From the sequence record PQ349265.1: a stretch of DNA of 64,000 nt; one strand, 5' to 3'. Position numbers and translations under genes: made by a program. The DNA is from Escherichia phage CJY920. This document shows positions 40,540-51,782 of the stretch, piece after piece. Positions within the stretch are counted from its first letter, which is position 1. The number at the start of each line of letters is the position of its first letter. The notes beneath the pieces were generated by a model. The model did not search any database. It was not told the DNA's origin and saw only the letters and a list, made by a program, of their open reading frames with translations.

Positions 40540-43500
40540 TTATTCAACCCATTCAAATTTAACCGTTTTATTCACTGGGTCAGGAATAATGCGAACATTA
40601 CCAATTCGTAAGAAATCACGAATAGTAAGATTCCCCATTGTAGCATTATCAGATGGTAAAGCACCAATATCAGATGGTTGAGGAGGGTTACCTCCATCAA
40701 ATACCTGAACAAAACTTGACCAGGAGTTTTTGGTTTTCTGCCATGTGCGTGTCCAGCGAGTGGTGCGCGCTTCTGGAGTCGTTGGATAAGTAATCCAATC
40801 TTGGTAAAGCGAATCAAGTGTGTTACCAAACTGAGTTAATGTACCAGGAGATTTAACTTCTTCGCCACGTTCTAAGTATGGAAGTCCAGTCACTTCATTA
40901 GTTTTTTCAACCATTTTAAAATAACCCGGGAACTGGTTATAAGTAGCTGAATCATTAATGTCAATTGACCAGAATCCTACAGTATCAGATGTTGGCGCAC
41001 GGGTGTATAGGTCAGATGTTTTAGTACCTTGAGAACGAATTCTCGAGTTAACAGTTAAACCACCTGAATTTATAGTAGCACCTTTGGCAATGATTAAGCT
41101 TTCACCAATCGTTACTTGACCAGATGCATTATTAATAGCTAAAGGACGTAATCCATTAAATCCGCCAGTCTGATCGCCCGATGCAGTAAGCATAAAATAT
41201 GTGCTTCCGCCATCATTCCTGATAAAGAATCCATAATTACCATTTATTGCTCTGAAAGCATTTGCAGACTTGCTAATGAATCCACCATTGGCTGTAACTG
41301 AACTACCGAATGTTGCAACACCATTCACATTCATCAAACCGGAAGCGTTAACATTTATTGGCATTACAGTACCATTAATGCTAAACGCTATATTACCATC
41401 TTTATTACGTTGAGAATAAAAGTGATGAGATGTTTCATCGCCAACTTCAAACACGGTAGAACGAGTCGTATCCGAGCCGCCGTAAAACTGATTTCCCCAT
41501 ACTCTGATAGTCATCGTCTGTGCTGGGTTAGTTCCAGTTTGAGGTCCTTTTTCAAAAATCAGATGAGTTTCTGTACGAGTTTCTGTTCCAGAGTTAGAAA
41601 TAGTTAATGTACTATTTGCCGAAACTGAACCACCAAACGTAGCAGTACTAGATGATACAAGAGGGGCACTCAGATTCGTTTGTTGGGTTAAGGTTAGTGA
41701 ACCATTAACCGTCTGTGCAATATCCCTACGAATGAACTGAGATGAATCTAGACCATCCAGTAAATTTGTATCAGCAGCTTTTGCTTTTAACGGCAAATAA
41801 TTTGCTAATACACGGTTTAATTCATATGGTGATACCGCATAGCTATTTTTCTCATATGATTCTAATGGCTGTGTTGAACCTACCGTATCATTACCAACGA
41901 ATGTAATTGAACCAGATGAAGTTTTAACAAAACCTCTTATCGCAGTAGTAGCTGCCCAGGTAGGTTCACTCTGCACAATCCACTTTAAATTTTTTGGAGA
42001 TACAGCAGTATTTGCTGATGTTCCAGTCACAGTTTCAGACTGAGTCGCAACTTTAATAACACCTTCTTGCGATTCGGTAGATTTAGTACCTAAAAGCTTT
42101 TTAGGAGTTATCAAAACATTATCCAATGTTCCTGCAGCAGCTTCAACTTGTGTAGCTACACGAAGTGTACCACGCTGTGTCTCATTTGCTTCAAGAATAT
42201 TAAGGGTATAATGGTCCCAGAGAGTTCCTGATTCAACTAATCCAGATAGAGCAACAACAGAAGTACGATCAGTACTATTAAATCTAGTTTTAATTTTTAA
42301 TGGTGTAGAGATACGAGTATCGTCGACGCCTGCGTCGAATTCAACTTGAGTAGCAATTTCAGCTATACCACTTAAACTTTCAGTTGCTCTACGGTCATTT
42401 AAAGTTTTAGGAGTGACTGCACGAGTATAATCAGTCCCAGCATTAGTTTCTGCTTGCGTAGCAATTTCAATTAAACCAATTCTTCCATCAGTTGATGTCT
42501 TTTTATGTAACGTTTCTGGCGTTACAACCGCATTTGCCCATCCTTCTTGACTTTTTCCAGCAATTACTTCACTTTCAACTGCTAAAATTACTGCACCTTG
42601 TTGTGTTGGAGTAGCTTTATACTGATCCAAAGCTTTAGGCGAAACAACTAAATTATTAGTGTTTTTATTATAAACATTCGTACCATTTAATTCACGGCTA
42701 GAAGCTGGAGTAGCACCTGCAGTAGATACAAAAGTTACAATACCAGATAATGATTCAGAACCTTGACGAGCTTGAAGCTTTTTAGGAGTAATGATTGTAG
42801 TATCATCAGTACCTGCATTAGTTTCCTGTTGCGTAGCAATTTCAGCAACACCTCTGCGAGTTTCTGTAGCAGTTCTTTCATTTAGCTTTTTAGGAGTGAT
42901 GATAATATCATCAGCAAAAGAGAATGTGGTGTTCTGGTTCACTTGAGCGGTAGTTGCTATTCTTGCGATACCTCTGCGAGTTTCTGTAGCAGTACGGTTA
43001 GCTAATGTTTCTGGTGTAATTGCTAATTCTTTTTGCGGAGAATTTTCTAAATCGACGTTAGCTTGAGCTTGTGTAGCTAAAGCAATTACGCCTAATCTTG
43101 CTCTAGTAGAATCATTTAAAGAATCAACTCTTTCAACTGTTGGAACGTTTTGCTGTACTACCCAGTATTTTCCGTCAGAATCTTCTATATAAGCAAGTTG
43201 TAAAACTGGAACATAATTAGTTTCACCGTTAAAAACTAATTCTTGAACAGTCACCCATTCAGCTTCAGGCGGATATTCTGAACGTTTTGGGAATTGCAGC
43301 AATTGAACTGAAGAAGCAATTTTATCTTCATCAGCAGCTTTGATTTTAACTGTTTGTCCTTTTCTCATGTAATTCATGGAAATTTTAACAGTATCACCAA
43401 CAGAAATATCAGTCGGAAGCTGAAGTTCAATTGTCTGAGCTGTTCCGTTATTCGCACCAAATACCATAACTTCTTCATTTGGACGAATATTAGAATTAGT

Positions 43501-44421
43501 TGTTATAATACGTAAACGTGCTTTACTATCCCCGTCAAACAATCTCCACAATTTCTCATTATCATCAAACATCAAGAAACCGTCAATCGTTGTACGGCCT
43601 TCAATGGAATGAGTTCCAACTTCTTGTATTGAAGTTGTTTCATCGTATGTAGTAACAATTGTATGATAAAGCGGATTTAGTTTATCTAAATCGACGAAAT
43701 TAATAATATCGCCATGATTAGCAAATCTTGGAAGTTTAACATTAATTGGTGCAGCAGAAGTAAATCTACGTACGATAAAATCGTTGGATTGTGCTTGATA
43801 AGTATTCGCTGGTGTTACAACTACAGCTTCTCTACTATAATCAGCAACATACATTTGCCACAGACGATTACTAAAAATTAAAACTATCTGTGATTTTGGA
43901 TGAGTCATTAGTACTGAACGTACCTGTTCACCTCTAAAGTTTACAATACTTTGCACTGGAGCTACAATTAAAACTTGGTTAACTCCAGGTTTTCCTCCAA
44001 TATCTTGGAGAACGATAGTATCACCATCAATTGGAGAAGACGGTAAAGTAAACGTAATGTCATTTCCAGCTGCAGTGTTAACCGAAATTGCTTCACCCGA
44101 TTTTAATTGATATGAACCAGATGAAACCGTAATCCAGTTTGCATCGGTACGTAATGCTCTCCAGCGTCCGCTATTAAAAGCTCCTGCTGGTTTTGGAATA
44201 TCATTTATAGCAGCCCAAAAGCGATTATCATAAATGATTACAAAATCTTTTAAATATCCACGAGTTGGATCATATTGTTGAACTGTGTTTTCTTGAATTA
44301 AGTAATCAACGTTAACACCGTCAGTTCCTACGGTACGATCAGCTAAAGCTACGTTGATTATTTTATCACCACCTGCGTCCAGACCATCTTCTGCTCTGAA
44401 CTTTCTTTTAATCTCGGCCAT
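40540..44421 (-). CDS. 34: gp34 long tail fibre proximal subunit, 1293 aa
   Basis: Repeat-rich 1293-aa protein; N-terminus MAEIKRKFRAEDGLDAGGDKIINV. Confidence 0.9.
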   Translation of the reverse strand: MAEIKRKFRAEDGLDAGGDKIINVALADRTVGTDGVNVDYLIQENTVQQYDPTRGYLKDFVIIYDNRFWAAINDIPKPAGAFNSGRWRALRTDANWITVSSGSYQLKSGEAISVNTAAGNDITFTLPSSPIDGDTIVLQDIGGKPGVNQVLIVAPVQSIVNFRGEQVRSVLMTHPKSQIVLIFSNRLWQMYVADYSREAVVVTPANTYQAQSNDFIVRRFTSAAPINVKLPRFANHGDIINFVDLDKLNPLYHTIVTTYDETTSIQEVGTHSIEGRTTIDGFLMFDDNEKLWRLFDGDSKARLRIITTNSNIRPNEEVMVFGANNGTAQTIELQLPTDISVGDTVKISMNYMRKGQTVKIKAADEDKIASSVQLLQFPKRSEYPPEAEWVTVQELVFNGETNYVPVLQLAYIEDSDGKYWVVQQNVPTVERVDSLNDSTRARLGVIALATQAQANVDLENSPQKELAITPETLANRTATETRRGIARIATTAQVNQNTTFSFADDIIITPKKLNERTATETRRGVAEIATQQETNAGTDDTTIITPKKLQARQGSESLSGIVTFVSTAGATPASSRELNGTNVYNKNTNNLVVSPKALDQYKATPTQQGAVILAVESEVIAGKSQEGWANAVVTPETLHKKTSTDGRIGLIEIATQAETNAGTDYTRAVTPKTLNDRRATESLSGIAEIATQVEFDAGVDDTRISTPLKIKTRFNSTDRTSVVALSGLVESGTLWDHYTLNILEANETQRGTLRVATQVEAAAGTLDNVLITPKKLLGTKSTESQEGVIKVATQSETVTGTSANTAVSPKNLKWIVQSEPTWAATTAIRGFVKTSSGSITFVGNDTVGSTQPLESYEKNSYAVSPYELNRVLANYLPLKAKAADTNLLDGLDSSQFIRRDIAQTVNGSLTLTQQTNLSAPLVSSSTATFGGSVSANSTLTISNSGTETRTETHLIFEKGPQTGTNPAQTMTIRVWGNQFYGGSDTTRSTVFEVGDETSHHFYSQRNKDGNIAFSINGTVMPINVNASGLMNVNGVATFGSSVTANGGFISKSANAFRAINGNYGFFIRNDGGSTYFMLTASGDQTGGFNGLRPLAINNASGQVTIGESLIIAKGATINSGGLTVNSRIRSQGTKTSDLYTRAPTSDTVGFWSIDINDSATYNQFPGYFKMVEKTNEVTGLPYLERGEEVKSPGTLTQFGNTLDSLYQDWITYPTTPEARTTRWTRTWQKTKNSWSSFVQVFDGGNPPQPSDIGALPSDNATMGNLTIRDFLRIGNVRIIPDPVNKTVKFEWVE

Positions 44422-44455
44422 TCTCCCGGGCTCCTATTGTGTTTTCAATAATAAG

Positions 44456-44463
44456 TATTTATA
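44456..44463 (-). promoter_or_regulatory. late promoter TATAAATA (gene 34)
   Basis: + strand tatttata ~35 nt upstream of gene 34 start. Confidence 0.5.
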
Positions 44464-44466
44464 CTT

Positions 44467-44496
44467 GTTTACTTTAAGATTTGGATGGTATATAAT
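44467..44496 (+). promoter_or_regulatory. early promoter (rnh)
   Basis: gtttactttaagatttggatggtatataat. Confidence 0.5.
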
Positions 44497-44525
44497 AGAA
44501 ATCTCACTAATTGAACGAGGTTCAT

Positions 44526-45443
44526 ATGGATTTAGAAATGATGTTGGATGAAGATTACAAAGAAGGAATTTGCTTAATTGACTTTAGTCAAATTGCGCTT
44601 TCAACTGCTTTGGTAAACTTCTCAGATAAAGAAAAAATTAATTTATCAATGGTTCGTCATTTGATATTGAACTCAATTAAGTTTAATGTCAAAAAAGCAA
44701 AAACGCTTGGATACACTAAAATTGTACTGTGTATTGATAACGCGAAATCTGGATATTGGCGTCGTGATTTTGCTTACTATTACAAGAAAAACCGTGGAAA
44801 AGCACGAGAAGAATCTACTTGGGACTGGGAAGGTTATTTTGAATCCAGCCATAAAGTTATAGATGAATTGAAAGCTTATATGCCATACATTGTTATGGAT
44901 ATTGATAAGTATGAAGCAGATGACCACATTGCTGTTCTTGTTAAAAAGTTCTCTTTAGAAGGACATAAGATTTTAATCATTTCGTCGGATGGTGACTTTA
45001 CTCAACTTCACAAATACCCAAATGTTAAGCAATGGTCACCGATGCACAAGAAATGGGTTAAAATTAAAAGCGGTTCTGCTGAAATTGACTGTATGACTAA
45101 AATCCTTAAAGGCGACAAAAAGGATAACGTTGCTTCAGTTAAAGTACGATCTGACTTTTGGTTTACCAAAGTTGAAGGTGAACGAACTCCTTCAATGAAA
45201 ACTTCAATCGTTGAAGCTATTGCTAATGACCGTGAGCAAGCTAAGGTGCTTCTCACAGAATCTGAATATAATCGTTATAAAGAAAATTTAGTTCTAATTG
45301 ATTTTGATTATATTCCTGATAATATTGCTTCAAACATTGTGAATTACTATAATTCATATAAATTACCACCGCGTGGCAAAATTTATTCATATTTTGTAAA
45401 AGCGGGTCTTTCTAAATTAACTAATAGCATTAATGAATTTTGA
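44526..45443 (+). CDS. rnh: RNase H (5'-3' exonuclease / flap endonuclease), 305 aa
   Basis: Translation MDLEMMLDEDYKEGICLIDF... matches T4 RNase H from memory. Confidence 0.9.
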   Translation: MDLEMMLDEDYKEGICLIDFSQIALSTALVNFSDKEKINLSMVRHLILNSIKFNVKKAKTLGYTKIVLCIDNAKSGYWRRDFAYYYKKNRGKAREESTWDWEGYFESSHKVIDELKAYMPYIVMDIDKYEADDHIAVLVKKFSLEGHKILIISSDGDFTQLHKYPNVKQWSPMHKKWVKIKSGSAEIDCMTKILKGDKKDNVASVKVRSDFWFTKVEGERTPSMKTSIVEAIANDREQAKVLLTESEYNRYKENLVLIDFDYIPDNIASNIVNYYNSYKLPPRGKIYSYFVKAGLSKLTNSINEF

Positions 45444-45451
45444 GGTGAATA

Positions 45452-45721
45452 ATGGCTAAAAAAGAAATGGTTGAATTTGATGAAGCTATCCATGGCGAAG
45501 ACTTGGCTAAATTTATTAAAGAAGCATCTGATCATAAACTGAAAATTTCCGGTTATAATGAACTGATTAAAGATATTCGAATTCGTGCTAAAGATGAACT
45601 TGGTGTTGATGGTAAGATGTTTAATCGTCTGTTAGCTTTGTATCATAAAGATAACCGTGATGTGTTTGAAGCTGAAACTGAAGAGGTAGTTGAACTTTAT
45701 GACACAGTTTTCTCTAAATGA
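45452..45721 (+). CDS. dsbA: DsbA dsDNA-binding late-transcription protein, 89 aa
   Basis: Position between rnh and 33; length 89 aa. Confidence 0.7.
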   Translation: MAKKEMVEFDEAIHGEDLAKFIKEASDHKLKISGYNELIKDIRIRAKDELGVDGKMFNRLLALYHKDNRDVFEAETEEVVELYDTVFSK

Positions 45722-46037
45722 TATTCGTCCGGTCGATGAGACCGGTCTTTCAGAAAAAGAACTTTCAATTAAGAAAGAAAAGGATGAAATAGCAAAGCTT
45801 CTTGACCGTCAAGAAAATGGATTTATTATTGAAAAAATGGTAGAAGAGTTTGGAATGAGTTATCTTGAAGCTACAACAGCATTCTTAGAAGAAAATTCTA
45901 TTCCTGAAACTCAATTTGCTAAATTTATTCCTTCGGGTATAATTGAAAAAATTCAGTCAGAAGCTATTGACGAAAATCTTTTACGTCCTTCTGTTGTTCG
46001 TTGTGAAAAAACTAATACATTAGATTTTCTACTATGA
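45699..46037 (+). CDS. 33: gp33 late-transcription co-activator, 112 aa
   Basis: Position upstream of 59/32; length 112 aa. Confidence 0.7.
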   Translation: MTQFSLNDIRPVDETGLSEKELSIKKEKDEIAKLLDRQENGFIIEKMVEEFGMSYLEATTAFLEENSIPETQFAKFIPSGIIEKIQSEAIDENLLRPSVVRCEKTNTLDFLL

Positions 46038-46687
46038 TTAAACTCCGCATGCCTGCTGGTGGTGAAAGATATATTGATGGTAAATCAGTTTATAAATTAT
46101 ACTTAATGATAAAACAACATATGAATGGAAAGTATGATGTAATTAAGTATAATTGGTGCATGCGGGTGTCTGATGCCGCTTATCAAAAGCGAAGGGATAA
46201 GTATTTTTTCCAGAAGTTATCAGAAAAATATAAATTAAAGGAACTTGCTTTAATTTTTATAAGTAATTTGGTTGCTAACCAGGATGCTTGGATTGGTGAC
46301 ATCTCTGACGCTGATGCACTTGTGTTTTATCGTGAATATATCGGACGCTTAAAGCAAATTAAATTTAAGTTTGAAGAAGATATTCGCAACATTTATTATT
46401 TTAGTAAAAAAGTTGAAGTTTCTGCTTTTAAAGAAATCTTTGAATATAATCCAAAAGTTCAATCAAGTTATATTTTTAAACTGCTTCAGTCGAACATAAT
46501 TTCGTTTGAGACGTTTATCTTGCTTGATTCATTTTTAAATATAATTGATAAACATGATGAACAGACTGATAATTTAGTCTGGAATAATTATTCTATAAAG
46601 TTAAAGGCTTATAGAAAAATTTTAAATATTGATTCACAGAAAGCTAAAAATGTTTTCATTGAAACTGTGAAATCTTGCAAGTATTAA
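46034..46687 (+). CDS. 59: gp59 helicase loader, 217 aa
   Basis: Position immediately upstream of gene 32; length 217 aa. Confidence 0.8.
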   Translation: MIKLRMPAGGERYIDGKSVYKLYLMIKQHMNGKYDVIKYNWCMRVSDAAYQKRRDKYFFQKLSEKYKLKELALIFISNLVANQDAWIGDISDADALVFYREYIGRLKQIKFKFEEDIRNIYYFSKKVEVSAFKEIFEYNPKVQSSYIFKLLQSNIISFETFILLDSFLNIIDKHDEQTDNLVWNNYSIKLKAYRKILNIDSQKAKNVFIETVKSCKY

Positions 46688-46712
46688 TTGCTTATTATAA
46701 ATAGATTATAAT
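46688..46712 (+). promoter_or_regulatory. candidate MotA-dependent middle promoter (TTGCTTA box + TATAAT)
   Basis: ttgctta at 46688-46694, tataat at 46707-46712. Confidence 0.4.
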
Positions 46713-46720
46713 TATCTCAC

Positions 46721-46786
46721 TGACCAGCTATGAGGTCATACATCGTCATAGCACCAACTGTTAATTAAATTAAAAAGGAAATAAAA
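46721..46786 (+). promoter_or_regulatory. gene 32 5' leader / autoregulatory translational operator
   Basis: Structured element tgaccagctatgaggtca... then A/U-rich unstructured tract before ATG. Confidence 0.5.
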
Positions 46787-47695
46787 ATGTTTAAACGTAA
46801 ATCTACTGCTGAACTCGCTGCGCAAATGGCTAAACTGGCTGGAAATAAAGGTGGTTTTTCTTCTGAAGATAAAGGCGAGTGGAAACTGAAACTCGATAAT
46901 GCGGGTAACGGTCAAGCAGTAATTCGTTTTCTTCCGTCTAAAAATGATGAACAAGCACCATTCGCACTTCTTGTAAATCACGGTTTCAAGAAAAATGGTA
47001 AATGGTATATCGAAACATGCTCATCTACCTATGGTGATTACGATTCTTGTCCAGTATGTCAGTACATCAGTAAAAATGATTTGTATAATACTGACAATAA
47101 AGAGTACGGTCTTGTTAAACGTAAAATTTCTTACTGGGCTAACATTCTTGTAGTAAAAGACCCAGCTGCTCCAGAAAATGAAGGTAAAGTATTTAAATAT
47201 CGTTTCGGTAAGAAAATCTGGGATAAAATCAATGCAATGATTGCAGTTGATGTTGAAATGGGTGAAACTCCGGTTGATGTAACTTGTCCGTGGGAAGGTG
47301 CTAACTTTGTACTGAAAGTTAAACAAGTTTCTGGTTTTAGTAACTACGACGAATCTAAATTCCTGAATCAATCTGCGATTCCAAACATTGATGATGAATC
47401 TTTCCAGAAAGAACTGTTCGAACAAATGGTTGACCTTTCTGAAATGACTTCTAAAGATAAATTCAAATCGTTTGAAGAACTGAGCACTAAGTTCAGTCAA
47501 GTTATGGGAACTGCTGCTATGGGTGGTGCCGCAGCAACTGCTGCTAAGAAAGCCGATAAAGTTGCTGATGATTTGGATGCATTCAATGTTGATGACTTCA
47601 AAACAAAAACTGAAGATGATTTTATGAGATCAAGCTCTGGCAGTTCATCTAGTGTTGATGACACGGACCTGGATGACCTTTTGAATGACCTTTAA
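46787..47695 (+). CDS. 32: gp32 single-stranded DNA-binding protein, 301 aa
   Basis: Translation matches T4 gp32 from memory incl. acidic C-terminus. Confidence 0.95.
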   Translation: MFKRKSTAELAAQMAKLAGNKGGFSSEDKGEWKLKLDNAGNGQAVIRFLPSKNDEQAPFALLVNHGFKKNGKWYIETCSSTYGDYDSCPVCQYISKNDLYNTDNKEYGLVKRKISYWANILVVKDPAAPENEGKVFKYRFGKKIWDKINAMIAVDVEMGETPVDVTCPWEGANFVLKVKQVSGFSNYDESKFLNQSAIPNIDDESFQKELFEQMVDLSEMTSKDKFKSFEELSTKFSQVMGTAAMGGAAATAAKKADKVADDLDAFNVDDFKTKTEDDFMRSSSGSSSSVDDTDLDDLLNDL

Positions 47696-47717
47696 TAGAT
47701 TATATTACTAATTAATT

Positions 47718-47742
47718 GGGGACCCTAGAGGTCCCCTTTTTT
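47718..47742 (+). terminator. rho-independent terminator after gene 32
   Basis: ggggaccctagaggtcccc + tttttt. Confidence 0.75.
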
Positions 47743-47767
47743 ATTTCAAAAATTTTTTCACATAACA

Positions 47768-47800
47768 GTTTACATACAACAAGGACTATGGTACTATACA
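47768..47800 (+). promoter_or_regulatory. early promoter
   Basis: gtttacatacaacaaggactatggtactatac. Confidence 0.55.
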
Positions 47801-47840
47801 ACTATCGGCAATACTGCTGATGATTAAAGAGGAAAATAAC

Positions 47841-48068
47841 ATGGCTAAAATTGATATTGATGTTGTTGATTTTGAATATATTGAAGAAATTATTCGTAAT
47901 CGTTATCCTGAACTCCGTATTACAAGCGCACTAAATGATCCTAACTGCAATGTTTCAGTTGTTATTGAAGGTCCTTTAAATCGTCTTAAACAATTTATGG
48001 TTAATGAATATTGTGACGGTATGGATGCTGAAGATGTAGAATTTTACACTGGATTTATTGAGCAGTAA
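47841..48068 (+). CDS. hypothetical protein
   Basis: ATG with AAAGAGGAAA SD. Confidence 0.45.
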   Translation: MAKIDIDVVDFEYIEEIIRNRYPELRITSALNDPNCNVSVVIEGPLNRLKQFMVNEYCDGMDAEDVEFYTGFIEQ

Positions 48069-48112
48069 TTATCAAGGGGCTATCAAGCCCCTATTAAAAT
48101 GAGGAAAACGCA

Positions 48113-48490
48113 ATGTATACTGGTAGAAAGTATGAACTTGTTCCAAGACTTATTGATACATTTATTAATTATAGTCCACGTTCTAATTCATCAATAGTTA
48201 AAGCTATTCGAGATAATGGCGGATGGTTTGAAGTTAAAGAAGTTTCCGTCGCCAATGGATACAAAGCAGTAAAACACATTGAATGTGCAAATGGAAAGCA
48301 TTTTTATCTCAAAGATAGACTTTTAGAAATTTGCGAAGATGAATTTCATTGTTTTCGTGAGTATAAAGAACCGACTTCTGAAGATGAAGTCGAAGACAAG
48401 GTTTCTGGCGTAACAAAAATTCACTGCATTGTTGACGAAAACAATGTAGACGAAATCATTGAACTTTTGCGAAAAACTTTCAAAAAGTAG
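48113..48490 (+). CDS. hypothetical protein
   Basis: 125-aa ORF. Confidence 0.45.
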   Translation: MYTGRKYELVPRLIDTFINYSPRSNSSIVKAIRDNGGWFEVKEVSVANGYKAVKHIECANGKHFYLKDRLLEICEDEFHCFREYKEPTSEDEVEDKVSGVTKIHCIVDENNVDEIIELLRKTFKK

Positions 48491-48544
48491 TTTACAGAAG
48501 GGTAGTAGTGTGATACTATTACCCTATCAACTAAGGATAATAAA

Positions 48545-48787
48545 ATGAGATTACAACGTCAGAGCATTAAAGATTCAGAAGTTAGAGGTAAATGGTATTT
48601 TAATATCATCGGTAAAGACGCTGAACTTGTTGAAAAAGCTGAACATCTTTTACGTGATATGGGATGGGAAGATGAATGTGATGGATGCCCTCTTTATGAG
48701 GATGGAGAAAGCGCAGGATTCTGGATTTACCATTCTGACGTTGAACAGTTTAAAGCTGATTGGAAAATTGTGAAAAAGTCTGTTTAA
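48545..48787 (+). CDS. hypothetical protein
   Basis: 80-aa ORF. Confidence 0.45.
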   Translation: MRLQRQSIKDSEVRGKWYFNIIGKDAELVEKAEHLLRDMGWEDECDGCPLYEDGESAGFWIYHSDVEQFKADWKIVKKSV

Positions 48788-48797
48788 GGAAAATAAT

Positions 48798-50738
<1,941 letters not shown>

Positions 50739-50761
50739 TTAATTATTAATTGTGAGGATAT

Positions 50762-51007
50762 ATGATTTTACGATTTAAAGATACTTCTGGTGTCGTTCTT
50801 TTTACACTTCCTAATCCAAGTGAGTTAGAAGTTCCAGGACCAAATCAGCCTATTATCATTTATGGCAAAAAATATTATACTCATAAAATGACTCGTGAGT
50901 ATTTTGATAATAAAATTTCTACGGTTAAAACTTCTTCAGATTGTTATTATGATATTACTGTTTTAACGGAAAAACAATATGACGAATGCAGAACTTTAGC
51001 AGTATAA
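50762..51007 (+). CDS. hypothetical protein, 81 aa
   Basis: ORF from table. Confidence 0.45.
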   Translation: MILRFKDTSGVVLFTLPNPSELEVPGPNQPIIIYGKKYYTHKMTREYFDNKISTVKTSSDCYYDITVLTEKQYDECRTLAV

Positions 51008-51727
51008 ATATGATTCCCAGCAATCTAGAGCGCATCTTTTAGATATAAGTTTTCTGCTTATTCCGGTTTGACGCACAGCTTCTGCTATTGTTGGATATTC
51101 TACCCCATCTATACTTACTCTTAGATGGGGTTTCTTTTTACCTCTTTGTGAGTCAGAAATTCGTTTTCTAACTTCATTGGTATGTGTCTGTCCATAATAT
51201 GGATTATTGATGCCTTTCATATTAAGTGCAGCGTTTCTTTCTTGGAACTTTTTGCTTATTTCTATAGCACGATCTAACCCATAGTGTTCTTCTATAGTTT
51301 TACCTTTGATATCTCTAGGTCTACCATGTTTTTGCTTAAGTTCTTCTGGTGATAATTTTGAATTATTATTTTTAATTGCATTTGAAATTTTATTAAGGAT
51401 TTCTTGCTTTCTTGGGTGATGAGATAAGGTATCCCCAAATGATGCGTCTGCTATATTATACCCATTTTCCTTTGAGTCATATTCATGCATCCAATAATTT
51501 TCACGTTCAATAATGATAGATTTTTCGTATGGAAGTTCTTCTATGATTTTACATACGAAAGCATCTTTCCCATGCTTATTATAAGAACGCTGCAGCTTTA
51601 TTGAATGATGATTTCCATTATCTAAATCTTTAAAGTGTCGTTTCCATCGTTCTTCAAAATTAATTGCACTTCCTATATAGTGCTTATTAGTTTTAGTGTT
51701 TATAATAGCATATATTCCAGATTTCAT
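50996..51727 (-). CDS. freestanding GIY-YIG homing endonuclease, I-TevI-like, 243 aa, opposite strand
   Basis: N-terminus [21 protein letters not shown]...RWKRHFKDL; NUMOD3-like [17 protein letters not shown]; C-terminal HTH-like region. Confidence 0.8.
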   Translation of the reverse strand: MKSGIYAIINTKTNKHYIGSAINFEERWKRHFKDLDNGNHHSIKLQRSYNKHGKDAFVCKIIEELPYEKSIIIERENYWMHEYDSKENGYNIADASFGDTLSHHPRKQEILNKISNAIKNNNSKLSPEELKQKHGRPRDIKGKTIEEHYGLDRAIEISKKFQERNAALNMKGINNPYYGQTHTNEVRKRISDSQRGKKKPHLRVSIDGVEYPTIAEAVRQTGISRKLISKRCALDCWESYLYC

Positions 51728-51749
51728 TATATTCTCCTATATAAAATTA

Positions 51750-51757
51750 TATTTATA
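51750..51757 (-). promoter_or_regulatory. late promoter TATAAATA for the GIY-YIG gene
   Basis: + strand tatttata ~25 nt upstream of the - strand ATG. Confidence 0.45.
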
Positions 51758-51782
51758 TGGGGTAACTTACGACAGAGGACTT

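Noticed and set aside
47021-47500. 159-aa ORF on the - strand inside gene 32
   Set aside because: Antisense to gp32, AT-rich frame with Phe/Ile/Asn bias; spurious.
9044-47742. Recurrent short GC-rich inverted repeats with a cttcgg centre (e.g. 9044, 19645, 23370, 27113, 39391, 47718) as a possible CRISPR or repeat family
   Set aside because: They are isolated hairpins followed by T-tracts at gene ends, which are rho-independent terminators with UUCG or GNRA loops; no regular spacing or spacer pattern.
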